Positions 37,934 to 49,602 of a stretch of DNA of 64,000 nucleotides are shown here, piece by piece. Made by a program: the position numbers and the translations under genes. The notes under the pieces are model-generated. The model was not told the DNA's origin and did not search any database. It worked only from the letters and a program-made list of their open reading frames with translations. Where the stretch lies: the NCBI RefSeq assembly GCF_964204865.1, contig NC_135259.1:19840001-19904000 (forward strand), in the 5' to 3' direction. Origin of the DNA: Styela clava (Eukaryota). Within the stretch, counting starts at the first letter, position 1; the number at the start of each line of letters is the position of its first letter.

Positions 37934-40900
37934 ATGGCTACTAAAGTAAAAATTATGTTCATATTCTTGATACTTGTGATCTACAGTCTTAAACAAGGTA
38001 AACCAGTCAGTCTATTTCTTCGTTTTAAAGTTAATTAATCTAATTACTATATAAAGTTTCATGCACTCGCATAAATTATAGGACACAATTTCGTTCGGTA
38101 ACTTTTGAATTCACTGCGGAGAAACCGTGCGTTGTTGCCCGCAACTAAATTCCGCGTGAATACATGAAAACGTACACATATTTTTAATAGTAACACCCAG
38201 GCGTTCAACCAGTGATTTTGTTCTTATGAAAGGGGGATGATTATGCTTCACTAATGTTATTCCTGAATTTTGCTAAGATTTAAGTTAAAGTTCGTTACAC
38301 TGTTCCAAAACAACTTTTTTTACAAAGTTTGTGAATTAATGTAACGCGATGTTGGAGAAGCGAATTTTACTACGTACGGAGAGATTCGAAAACCTTCATA
38401 AACTTATTAGATATTTGCTACTCGTTATTCACAAAAAAATCGTTTAATTTTAATCAAAAAAGGACACTTTTTTCATCACGCTCTTCCGACGATATTTTCT
38501 GTGAGCTGGGGTCTCAGCTAGGACCTTATCGCACGGGTACCTATGCGCGATTTTCGTGTCTATATAAACGAGCATTTCTCTCTATTTCGATAATGAAATC
38601 AAAAGCGGAAGTGAGGCTGGGCACATCGAATATCAAATTATTCAAATTAATTTGGACGAAAATTTGGAATTATCGCCGTCTAGTTTTTTTTGTCCGCCAA
38701 AGGCCGATTTGAAACCCTCAACTTTTATATTGAAGCCATATTTTTAAAAGTCAATTCTGACGAGAGGCCCATAATATCTGATTCCAATTGTGGAAGTAGT
38801 GTTGAACGTGTAATACTGGAAATATTTCAAAGAGGAAATGTTTGTTTGCAGGAATTTCTGGAAACGTAAGAAGTAAGTGTCATCTTTCTGAAAATGAAAG
38901 AAAACCAAAGGGCAAAAGTGGCATGTTTCGGATAAACACGCTTAAAGAATTTCCAAAGACGTGCACTTGGGAAACACAATTCAACGCCTCGTCCGGATAT
39001 TCCTTGCGTATTTGTGGTTTGTGTGTGAACGTGAAATACAACGTAACTGATTGTCATTTAACACCAAAAGCAGATCCAGGTAAGAAAACTTAAGTACCCA
39101 ATGTAGATAAAATTAAATTCGTTTTTGCCTGTTTATTGAGGTTTCAACTACATCGACTCCAAGACATTTATCAAACCATCCAAGGTTTATGTGAACTTTT
39201 GAAAATAAATTCAAAGTCAACTTCAGACTTTGTAATTGAGATTCCGGACCCGCTGTTTAATGCCTAATTAACTGTTTGAATTACAAGTTGATTTTTGTTC
39301 GCCTTAAACTCTAGACGACTGTAACAAATGGGTACCACAGCTGACAACTAGCGATATATTTGGCGTTTCGAAAGTAATGTACTAGATTTATGTTCTTAAC
39401 CTGTTCTTCAAATTTTTAATCCCGTCTCTTCTATTCGGTGATCGCTTAGGTCTTCTCCACCGGAAATTGATTTGATCAAGTTAGGGTTTGTAACATTGCT
39501 TGAGGCAAGCGTATGAAAAAAACGGTGTTCCAGAAGTATGTGTACCAGGATGGGGGTAACTAATTTTGTTCGCCTACTTTACATCAAGTTGTTTAAAGGG
39601 ACGGAAGCCTTTGGACGGGGGATATATTCAATTAGCTAACACAGACAGTCTCCGAACTCGTAATAGAACTAAAATATAGAAAATCGAAATAAAATTATGG
39701 CCTAATCTTAACTCGGTCCACATACTACGGGAGTAACAAAAATCTTGTTTTCATCATTTGTAAACATGGATCGCTTGCTTAATGTCGTTGGTGTGATTGC
39801 TGTTTCTTTTTCCTGCATTTCAAATATACAGTTCTTGAAGATGAATGGAGTCACTAAAGAGCTTTTTTTAATTTTCGGAGACCCGATATTTTGCTCCAAG
39901 TTTTGATTGCCATTCTATTCACGTATTTTCAACGTGTTTTCTTATATAAAACATACTTTTGCCTTACTATCTGTTATTTATAGCTTATTGCCAGCTAGTT
40001 ATTTTTGAGGTGGGACGCGAGACTTGACAATTTCTAAAAATGGGGCGCGGCTTGAAAAGTTTGAGAAGCACTGCATTAGACTCTAATTATTTGAGAATTG
40101 CGATCTTGTTTCAGGTTGCGATGATGATTCCTTTTGCTTTGTTTTCACGACTGGATGTTTCTCCAGCAGTCATGTGGGCGTGGTTGACCGGATAAAAGTT
40201 TCGTCTTTGCCGAAGAATATAAGTTTAACTATGTATGAATATATCGATATTGAGGCAATAAATTACAGTTATTCAAAATGCGACACTGAAGGTAAAAATT
40301 AAATTTATTTCTCATAGCACTAAGATTAAAGAATTTATTTTTGGATTTCAATAATCTAAAACTTTCTCGCCTCGTCTATCTCGTGATCTGATGCTCTGTA
40401 ATAAATATTTATAGCTAGTAAGCAATGTTTCATAAGTCGGCAAAAGCACACCATACTCGCCTACAATAACAGTAGTTGTGTAACTAAAATTCCTGATATT
40501 TCCAATACATATAAGAGCCTTGAGTGTTACAGCTGGACACCCAGATTTGATTCCGGCGCGGCGGTGTGGCTTATCGTGCAAAGCGTTAGGGGTACGCTTG
40601 ACACCGCACTTCTGTTTACTCTGCATGGGTTTGCAGGTTCGATTCCCATGCGGTGATACCGTAGTTATGTGTGAGAGGATTGCTGGACTCCACGTCGCCG
40701 TAGGGTGGTTCACGTAAGCGCTGGTCGGGGACGGCTTCGTCCACCATCAGGTCCACGCTTCGAAAAACAAATAACTAACTAATACCATATCCGACATGGA
40801 ATGGTCCCTATCCCCGCGGCTTCGCTTGCGCAGTATAACGGTGTACTATTCTCTCTATTCCAAAATTTGTATTTGATTGACTTTTTACTGCATGGAAAAA

Positions 40901-41671
40901 ACTTGGCATGACTCGCAGCTTCTCAACGGTTGTTTTAACTATTTACATAATTAACTGGGCCAGAACCACAAACTACTCAAGTGCAATTAACCTATGAGAC
41001 AACGAGCGCGCCCTAATACGAAGCAACGGATTATATTCAAAATGCACATGGTTCAACAAGAAGTAAACCGAGCACAAATATATACGTTCCAGGGCCAACT
41101 TCGCCGAAAACACACTGGACCGATACAGCTACAAACGCTTATAACATGACGACTCACACCCACACTTCTCAGGGCAAAAATGCTTCGCTGGGCACAATAC
41201 TCCCAATTGTAATTGCCGTGGTCGTAGCCGTATTGCTGGGAGGACTTTTGTTCGTTTGGTGCCGCTTCAGGCAAGTAGAAAAATTATTTAGATTAACTTG
41301 ATCACAGGCTCCCATGTAATTATGTTGGGTGAAATATCTTCAATGAAAGTGCCTCAAGTTCAAATCTCAACACTGCGCAGCTCGAGAGATATATCCCCAA
41401 GATCAGGGTCGCAAAATCAGTTCCCGTCATATTGATAAACAGACTTCTGGAGCACCCATACTCCTACAATTCCAACGTAATTAAATACTTTATTTTTAGG
41501 AAGAAAATACAAAATTTGTCAGCCAAAAGTACACCAAGCCCAGAGAGAACAGATGGTGAAAACACCATGACCGAAAATGTAATCTACGAGAGTTCGTTTC
41601 CACACACAAATGATAATGAACCTGCAGCAATGCTGGTTGACAATATCATTTATGGACAGACGGTTGTGTAA
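37934..41671 (+). CDS. Receptor-2: paralog of Receptor-1, about 272 aa if the downstream exon-4 acceptor is used
   Basis: Exons 37934-37997, 38852-39079, 40115-40291, 41093-41270, 41500-41671 (ENVIYESS...DNIIYGQTVV*). The ancestral exon-4 acceptor is AG->TG at 40956-40957 and an in-frame TAA lies at 41014-41016; an in-frame acceptor ttccag|GG at 41092/41093 bypasses both. Could alternatively be a pseudogene. Confidence 0.75.
40558..40820 (+). mobile_element. tRNA-derived SINE in Receptor-2 intron 3
   Basis: A-box-like TGGCTTATCGTG and B-box GGTTCGATTCC; absent from the matching intron of Receptor-1. Confidence 0.75.
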
Positions 41672-41680
41672 TACTTAGAA

Positions 41681-41901
41681 CAATAGTTCTCAAACGTGGG
41701 GGCGCGCACACTCTATGGGAGTGGAAAATTTTTAGAGGGCGTAAAGCTAATTAAAAATATTTGTTAAATTTGATGTTGGCCTCTTATTTTGGATATTTAC
41801 GTTTCGTTCACGTATTTTTTTAATAAAACATACTTTTGCCTTACAATCTGTTATTTGTAACTTATTGTTGAAGGCGCGGCTTAAAAGTTTGAGAACCATT
41901 G
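41681..41901. mobile_element. hAT-like MITE family E in the Receptor-2 3' UTR
   Basis: TIRs CAATAGTTCTCAAAC / GTTTGAGAACCATTG; perfect 8-bp TSD ACTTAGAA (41673-41680 and 41902-41909); the empty site is visible in Receptor-1 (32502-32509). Confidence 0.92.
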
Positions 41902-44229
41902 ACTTAGAAAGATAGGCGATACAACTGAAACTTGCCTTTGAACCAAACAAAAATGGTTTTCGTTATTTTAAATTCAAATTTCTTTCATTACGTTACTTAC
42001 AATATTATCTAGAGAAAATAAAATACGAAAATAAATATGTTCTTTAAATTAACAGTAGTACCATAAAATGCGCTTGCTCAACTTCGTTTTAAAATATAGG
42101 TGATGGACGTGCCTTCATTTTATTTATTGCTCTTTGTCGCCTCATTGTGGTGATTTGTTATTGCGCAAGTTTATCTCGTGGTTGAGCCATTTTAGGTTTT
42201 TATTCAGTTGAGTGACAGGATCTAATATTATCCTTATCCTGCTATTCTTTTCCCGTGTGGTTCATATTTTATTTTAAATATTAACCATCCACTAACCTGT
42301 TTTTAGTATTATTGGTCGAATAAATCGATTAGTTGGGTCTTATTTTGTGTGAAAAATATTTTAGATTTCACGCTGCACATCTTGCCCAGTGTTGCCATTT
42401 GCTTATTATTCAATTTTCACTGTAAATGTATGTTGGTATTTGAGTTGGTAATGAGTGAACACTGTCTGGGGCAAGTTATTCCGTGCTCCGTATTCGTAAG
42501 TTAATCTGCAATTTAGAGTCATCCTCTTTTAAAGTGTAATCAAGTACCGCTATACTGACTGTATCCAATATTTAGGATTTGTTACGTTATTACTAGTGTC
42601 TATGACTGATTGTTTAACTGTGATTGTATAAATTTCCACAGACTGGGAAGTTAAATTAAGACATGCTATATTTTACATTGCAGTTTAGACACTTCACTAT
42701 GATTCTTCTGATTTTATTCTGTCATTCGAGAACAGTTTTACAGTAAATTACACATCAAGTTGATATGTTTGCGTTTGCTTATAACAACATTGTGTTGAGC
42801 AGTTTTGGGGTTTTAGTGAGTGAGTTGAACGACACAAACGATCACGACCCAATAATGAACAAGACTCGTAGCACCGGGAAATCCTGCATTATTATACGAA
42901 AAGTAAATTCACTGTGAATGTTCCATGTGCAAATATTGTTGTAAAGTGTTATTAAATATACTGTATGTCATTGGGTAGATTGAGGAATTTTGTTTACTTT
43001 TTTGAACAACTTTCATCCTAATTTCTCTAACCTCAATGATTGACTTGGACATTTAATATCAAATTTTGTCCCTAAAAATCACTTGTACCAGACGCCCAGT
43101 TGATGGCATGAAACCAAAAATATCTCTTTATAATACCATCCTACATATAGTGGATGTGATGAAAAAAAGTCTACCTCACTATGTGGTATAGAACTCGACT
43201 ATTTTTACCGAAGGTCCGCATACAAATGCAACAGTACGACTTAACCGGAATACCGGTAGGTGCTCGCCACTAATACAGTCTGATAATACTGTAATAAATA
43301 GTTCAGAAGATCCAGTGTGCTGCAAAGACACACAAATAGGTTCGAAGTTCACGATGCAAACAAAAGACTTTATTAAAATAGTGTAAAATCCACGATTAAA
43401 GCAGATAGAATAGAAGAGCGACAAAGTACGGTCCTTACTCAGCGACAGCAAAAGCAAAGAGAGCGAACGCTGCGACTGCAGCCAGTTCGCATATGCAGTG
43501 GTGGTTGGAGTCGAGTAACAGAATCTAATCTAACTATAGGCCGAATTATGGATAGGACTCCACACACCATTGCATATGCAATACTAGATAAGAAATATAT
43601 ATAAAATATAAAACAATGAAAAATAGGACAATCCAGTCCCGCCACACAAAACGTCAAACATATTTACGTCCGGACTTTCTAGAAATTATATTTAGGCATC
43701 TTTAAACACGCAATTCCTCGACCGACTAATGATAAGCTTGTCAAGATTGTTAGTTGTAGCGTTATAGTTCTTTTCATATATATTTTTAAGTCTATAAAAG
43801 TGATTTTATAAAAGAAAACTTCAAAAATGGGGCTAATGATCCAAAATAAAGAATTAGACGCGGTCCGAATCGAATACCCGAAAGGTCTTCCGTCGACGAC
43901 TCGACATAGTCTAGGTGTGGAGGCATTAGGCTGGATCCCAGACTTGTCGTCTTGATCTAAAAAAAAGGTAGATTCAAGATTAGGATGAGGGGCGATAATT
44001 CCATGGCGCATGATTACAAATATATGCCGATTTAATGAACCTAAATTTAAGGCGTGTGCCAGATATCAGAAGTTTATCTTTGTCAAAAACTTGTAATCAG
44101 AGGTTTTTATGCTATGATGACATGCTATATCGGACAAGGCTAAAACATTTGTGATTTACATTAGATATACATTCATTTGGTAACTAATCAAACGCAATTA
44201 TGCGTTATGTTGTCTTATTGTTATTGCAG

Positions 44230-44380
44230 ATTAATCTTATCAGATAAGAATACAGTCGTTTATCTAAAATCTAGAGTCGTAACTCTAACTCTATTTTTAT
44301 CTATTAATAATACTGACGTTCCATTAGCTTTATCGACTAAATGGCATTGATAAGTAAACATACCCATATAAATACACCAG
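44230..44380 (+). promoter_or_regulatory. Putative Not proximal promoter (TATA, Fox and GATA motifs)
   Basis: TATAAATA at 44367-44374; TAAGTAAACA (forkhead-type) at ~44351-44360; palindromic CTTATCAGATAAG at ~44236-44248; further TTTATC/GATAA motifs nearby. Confidence 0.45.
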
Positions 44381-44433
44381 TTATTCTGCTACATTTCATT
44401 ACAATTTGCAAATACAATATCAAGCTTTACAAG

Positions 44434-45426
44434 ATGATTTCCTACCGCCATCCTTACCAAGCGCTGTCAAATGCTCAATGGACGCCGTTTATTCGTTTCA
44501 ATTACACAGGCGGTTCAGATTTAGAAAAAGTTACAATAAATAAGAGAAAATTTTCATCAGATGAAGGTTCGGATTTTATGCAAGCTGCAGTTGTAAATAA
44601 AGAGAGACAAAGTGCCGAAATTTTCGACTCTGTCAAGAATCCCGAACAAATGGCAAAATTTAACAACCGAGGAAGGAAAACGAAAACTACTGTTTTTACT
44701 ATAGATGCATTACTGGGACATTCGACCGAAAGTCCAAGCAAAAAAAGAAAAGTTCAATTTACACAGACAACAAAAAGCAAGGATGATTCAATTGATTCGG
44801 GTGTCTCATCCTCTGGAGAAAACGACGAATCGATTATTGCTAGTGCGGATGCAAATGACAGTGGAATTTGTGACAATGATTCACGGCAAGAACCGGATCA
44901 AATTAAGTTTGTGACATCAGACTTACCTCAACCCAAAGTAAGAAGTAATCGGCAATTACCGCCTCCGGAAACATACAATCGTTTATATATGCCTATCAAC
45001 GATGCATATCATTTATATCCCGGATTAAACAAAGTTGTGCAGCAAAATTGGATGCATCACCAACAATATGCGATACCGTATGCACCGATCGAGACAATGG
45101 CTTTCGTTGGGCAATGTAATAATATTCAATCAAATGTATCTTATTCACCGAATCTTAGACCTCAAAAAACACAAATGACTAAACGAGCAAGAACGGTATT
45201 CACTCAAAAGCAACTAGGACGTTTAGAAGCTGAATTCAACAATCAGCAATACATGGTTGGAAATGAAAGGCGAGCACTTGCTAAGAAGCTCAGACTCACA
45301 GATGCTCAAGTTAAAGTTTGGTTTCAAAATAGAAGAATTAAGTACAGGAATGACAAGAAGCGTGAACCAGTGGAAGAAACCAACAAACTAGACGTTCCCA
45401 AACGCGAAGCAATCGAAAAATGCTAA
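44434..45426 (+). CDS. Not: Not/Noto-class (notochord) homeobox transcription factor, single coding exon
   Basis: Homeodomain 45178-45357 [57 protein letters not shown]; QQYMVG.ER and [12 protein letters not shown] are Not-class signatures. eh1 motif FTIDALLG at 44695-44718. The ORF opens at 44341, but a TATA at 44367 favours the ATG at 44434. Confidence 0.88.
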   Translation: MISYRHPYQALSNAQWTPFIRFNYTGGSDLEKVTINKRKFSSDEGSDFMQAAVVNKERQSAEIFDSVKNPEQMAKFNNRGRKTKTTVFTIDALLGHSTESPSKKRKVQFTQTTKSKDDSIDSGVSSSGENDESIIASADANDSGICDNDSRQEPDQIKFVTSDLPQPKVRSNRQLPPPETYNRLYMPINDAYHLYPGLNKVVQQNWMHHQQYAIPYAPIETMAFVGQCNNIQSNVSYSPNLRPQKTQMTKRARTVFTQKQLGRLEAEFNNQQYMVGNERRALAKKLRLTDAQVKVWFQNRRIKYRNDKKREPVEETNKLDVPKREAIEKC

Positions 45427-45501
45427 TATTACCTATGTAACCTATGTTTATAATTTTAAGTTCCGTGTTTTTGTAATAATTGTTTCTTAAAAGTTTCACG
45501 A

Positions 45502-45534
45502 AATAAAGTTTTGAATATAGAACACTCAAATAAA
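45502..45534 (+). terminator. Candidate polyadenylation signals of Not
   Basis: AATAAA at 45502-45507 and 45529-45534, 76-103 nt after the stop, followed by GT/T-rich sequence. Confidence 0.5.
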
Positions 45535-46392
45535 CGATCTATTGAATATTTGATTGTGCTCGTTGTTTTTTCATGAATAGAAGGTGACCAATTGCAAAAT
45601 GCTCAACAATAGGCAGAACCGTAAAAACTGGGATGTAGGCTCTACAGCCTACATGATTCTTTTATCTTGAGGCATACAAAAAGAAAGACGTTCCACCACG
45701 CCCAAAGAAATCCGTTGTAATAAATAGCCCGTGAGTCTTTCAAACTTATTTTCGCCATGCCCCCTTTCCCCTCCCAGACCTAATTCGATTATTACCCCTT
45801 TAACCTTTCTAAAAATATATGCGGCCCGCCAAGCCTCGCGAGCAACAAAAGGTTGCCGAGCTCTGCGTTATGAACCGTGGAGTATCTACGTAAAATGCGC
45901 CTCCTTGATTGCTGACTGACAATTTTTAACGAATATGTTTGAATCGAGAGTATCATTGAGATGCTTGTAAGTTATTATTTGAGTAAAAATACGAGTTCCA
46001 ATAAGTTCTAATTTGAAATTACTCTATTGAAACATTTTACGATCAAAACTTTTCGCCATTTTTGCGCTCTGGCTATCATAACCCACATACGCCACCGGGC
46101 ACTGATAATATCATCTACAAATACAGCCCTCCTTATGCATAAAACAATTTTATTTGTTCAATATTTAATGGATCCTTTGCTAGTGTTATGCTCAAGTCGC
46201 ACTCCCGTTTGTGTGCACTCTAAGTAGTTTATTATATTATGTGTTAATTATTATTATTTTAATATTAAAGAAAATGGAGAATATTAGTAGTCCTATAGCC
46301 GATAGCAAATACGAAGTGAAATCCTCCCCCAAAACGGAAGAATCTCTCCATGAAGAGGAATGCATCTCCAGTTGGGAAAGGTTGACTTAAAC

Positions 46393-46667
46393 CGGGGGTG
46401 GGCAACCTTTTCGAATTGGGGCCATGAAACTTGCCCATCAAGACTGGCGGGCCACGTATGTGTGACGTGAAAGTTTACATTTTATTAACAATATTTACCG
46501 TATTACAAAATCAATCTTTAACCGCAATCTCAATAAATTCTTTGAGCTATTTTTTTGCTAAAACATCAAAATTTGGTTTTAGTTTGGTTGAGACAGCATC
46601 AGGCGGGCTCGATTGAATTAAACAACGGGTCGGATTTGGCCCGCGGGCCGTAATTTGCCAATGTCAG
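46393..46667 (+). mobile_element. hAT-like MITE family B
   Basis: TSD ACTTAAAC/ACTTAGAC (7/8 match); homologous to 49308-49602. Confidence 0.8.
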
Positions 46668-47216
46668 ACTTAGACTCTCATACATTGTCGAGACTTCTAT
46701 TTATATCAGTTGAAGGGTGGTATCCGGTCAATTTTTAAAACCAGAAACTCAGATTTGATGACGCAAAATGCACATGTGTCCTTGTTTTACAGATTATTTT
46801 CGGTTGGAGATATATTGTCATTGTATGCCCTCTCAGTTCAAGGTTACAGCGGTGACGCGGCGATTCGTTTTCTTCGAGCAATCAAGCAACGTTTTGTACA
46901 ATCGCAATGCCGCTGGGCTACGAATGCAAAGACGCCACTATATACGATGGAGCGTGGTGGTATAGACATGGTCAAGTTTATTTTTTTTCATCCTATAAAA
47001 AATAACATACGAAATTTACAATATACAAAATTGAAAACACATTTTTACCGAGAAAGGGAAGTCGCGGAAAACCAGGATAGGTTATCGAGCAAACACCCAA
47101 GGTTTAATATCTAATTTAATTTCTAGGATCGGTTATTAAGTTTACGGAACACTTTTAATATAGATGAGCATGACTTTGACAGCTGAGCCACATATAGCAC
47201 CCAATAGACATAAAGG

Positions 47217-47395
47217 CAGTGGTGGGATTCAGCCGGTTCGCACCGGTTCTTTAGAACCGTCTCACGGAATTTTATGAGATCAGCGAACCGGTTAGGAATA
47301 CTGGTTAATCTTACTGACTTTTTGTAACAGAACCTGGTAAAAAATATGACTTTTGTGATGGAACCGACTGACAAAAGAATTGAATCCCACCACTG
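47217..47395. mobile_element. hAT-like MITE (TIR CAGTGGTGGGATTCA)
   Basis: 15-bp perfect TIR; perfect 8-bp TSD CATAAAGG; truncated reverse copy at ~61028-61170. Confidence 0.92.
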
Positions 47396-48104
47396 CATAA
47401 AGGGTATATGAAACGACCATATATGGTACATGGCAACATCTCTAATCGAACCAACCAGATAACTGGTAGTTCGTACGAGTCACATCTCACCGGGATATAT
47501 CGCGGATTTACCGAGTTCAGGTGGGCCGGGAACCAATTGGCTAGCGTTTACAAGTGATTCTCTTAAAGCCGCAGAGATGAAGTTCAAGTGCTGAAGTGTT
47601 CTCTGTCAGATCGGTTCATAGGTCTTGTTTATATTGGATCGACATTCCGGTATTTGGTTAGTCATGTATATATTTTAAAGATTAAACTATTCATTATTGG
47701 ACACGGAGTGGATCTATGGATCGATCGTTTTGCTGTTGTTCTTGTTACCTTATGAAAAAATCGCTTTTCTCATTCCCTAATGGACCAATATTATGGATTT
47801 AAAATTTTCAGTGGTTAAAGATTGTATATTTTGATAGAAGGCTATCACTTTTATATATTCCTACATTTTCTATGAATCCTATGAGATCTGGGAATTGATG
47901 ATATTATATTTTGTTTTGCATTCCGTGTCCATATATTTGAGTATCACTCTCTTGTTCTTTATTAATAATATTTTTATCACGAATTTCTGTATTCTTCAAA
48001 TCACTTATACTCTTATAGTAATAAATTGCACTGTCTGTTTGGTTTTAGGTTAGGTTTAGGTTAAATACTTTAAGAGCTACCCAATTCGTATTGTTATAGT
48101 AGGA

Positions 48105-48423
48105 TAGTATAGTATTTACATATTTACCCCGCGGGAGAGGAACCGATAAGACGGCTTAACCATATGACGAACCACGGCTTCTCGTCCGGTTACCATTCCA
48201 TGTTGGGTATGGGATTAGTTGGTGATTTGCCTGAATTTGACGGTAAAGGAAGCCGTAACCGACCAGCGGTTACGTGAACCACCCTACGGCGGCGAGGAGT
48301 CAAGCAATCCTCTCGCACATAACCATCCCCGCATGGGATTCGAACCCGCGAACCCACGCAGGGTAATCAGAGGTGCGGCGAGCGTATTCCTAACGCGTAG
48401 CACGATCAGCCACATCACCGCGC
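48105..48423 (-). mobile_element. tRNA-derived SINE, near full length
   Basis: On the minus strand: TGGCTGATCGTG (A-box-like) and GGTTCGAATCC (B-box), followed by the family body and a short (ACTAT)n-like tail. Confidence 0.8.
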
Positions 48424-48572
48424 ATTCTTATATTATTCTGAGCAATAAATAGCACATCAAATATGTAGATTTCCTGTGATATATAATATTGATTCACAAA
48501 AAGGAAATTTGTGTTTTTACATTGTTATGAATGATCTTTGGTTCGTTGGTGCGTGATTTATCTTAGTCCAAT

Positions 48573-48706
48573 TAGGGTTGCCATCCGTCCAGTTTTCCCC
48601 GAACATTTCAGGAGTATTTGTATTAAATATAACGGCCGGGATAAATACTTCAAAAACGAAAAGATGTCCGGGATTTGCTGTCAACCAGGAAGAGATGGCA
48701 ACCCTC
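48573..48706. mobile_element. Small hAT-like MITE (TAGGGTTGCCATC termini)
   Basis: TIR AGGGTTGCCATC / GATGGCAACCCT. Confidence 0.7.
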
Positions 48707-49307
48707 ATGGTGTTTCAACCTTTATTAAGTAAAAATAATGACTCTTGACCGTACAGTACGCCATTTGTACGACTGATCAACTGTTATAGTTATATTTTGT
48801 TACGCCATAAGCTAATTCTATCCCGAACAGAATCAAACAGCGTATATATGTTAAAACCACGCAATAATCTATGCTAAACTGCATGCACTAGCTTTATTTC
48901 GTATATAAGTGGTAACTTGGATCTCTATTTTTTTGGATGGATCGAACATAAGATCTCCAGGTAGAATTACATTTATATAAAAAATGAAAACTTTAAATAC
49001 TAACCCATTTGCCTATACGTGTACCAGAAGACAAATAAAACCTTCTCCGAGACCTCCAGTCAGCAAAATTTAGTACCTCATACGTAGCTGGTATGCCGTA
49101 ACTTCGCTCAGAGATCAATTTCTCCGCAAAAGTCAGTTACAACAATACTATCATCTCTTGAAAGTCACTTCCTAGATCTAGAGACCTCACCACCGTCAGG
49201 TTGGGAGGACATAAATTACGAAAGATACCAGAACACCGAAATTTGTATGTTAGGCGAAACGCGAATTCATATTCCGAGTACTACCTTCGAGTTTCTAGTT
49301 TAAAGAG

Positions 49308-49602
49308 CAGCGCTGGGCAAGGCTTTTGGACCAGAGGCCAAAAATTTTGCTCATCTAGATTGGCGGGCCATGTCAGTGTAACGTAAGGAGTTAATATTTG
49401 CAGTATTAAAAAAGAAAAGTGGAAAACAATAAGCCCAGTGCCAAAACTTAATTTAATCACAGTCTCAACAAATTCTTTGAGCTATTTTTCAGCTAAAACA
49501 TCAAAATTTGGTTTCAGTTTGGGGGTGGTAGCATCAGGCGGACCAGATTGAATTACCCAACGGGCCGGATTTGGCCCGCGGGTCGTAGTTTGTTCATGTC
49601 AG
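49308..49602 (+). mobile_element. hAT-like MITE family B
   Basis: Homologous to 46393-46667 and, reversed, to 725-1030. Confidence 0.8.

Noticed and set aside
44341-44433. N-terminal 31-aa extension of Not
   Set aside because: Contains a TATA box and a Fox site and looks like promoter or 5' UTR; the ATG at 44434 is preferred, though not proven.
46710-47431. 134-aa and 102-aa ORFs downstream of Not
   Set aside because: No domain signatures or splice support, and the second ORF spans a MITE.
48340-48423. tRNA gene suggested by A/B boxes
   Set aside because: No convincing cloverleaf; it continues into a shared ~300-bp body present five times, so it is a SINE.
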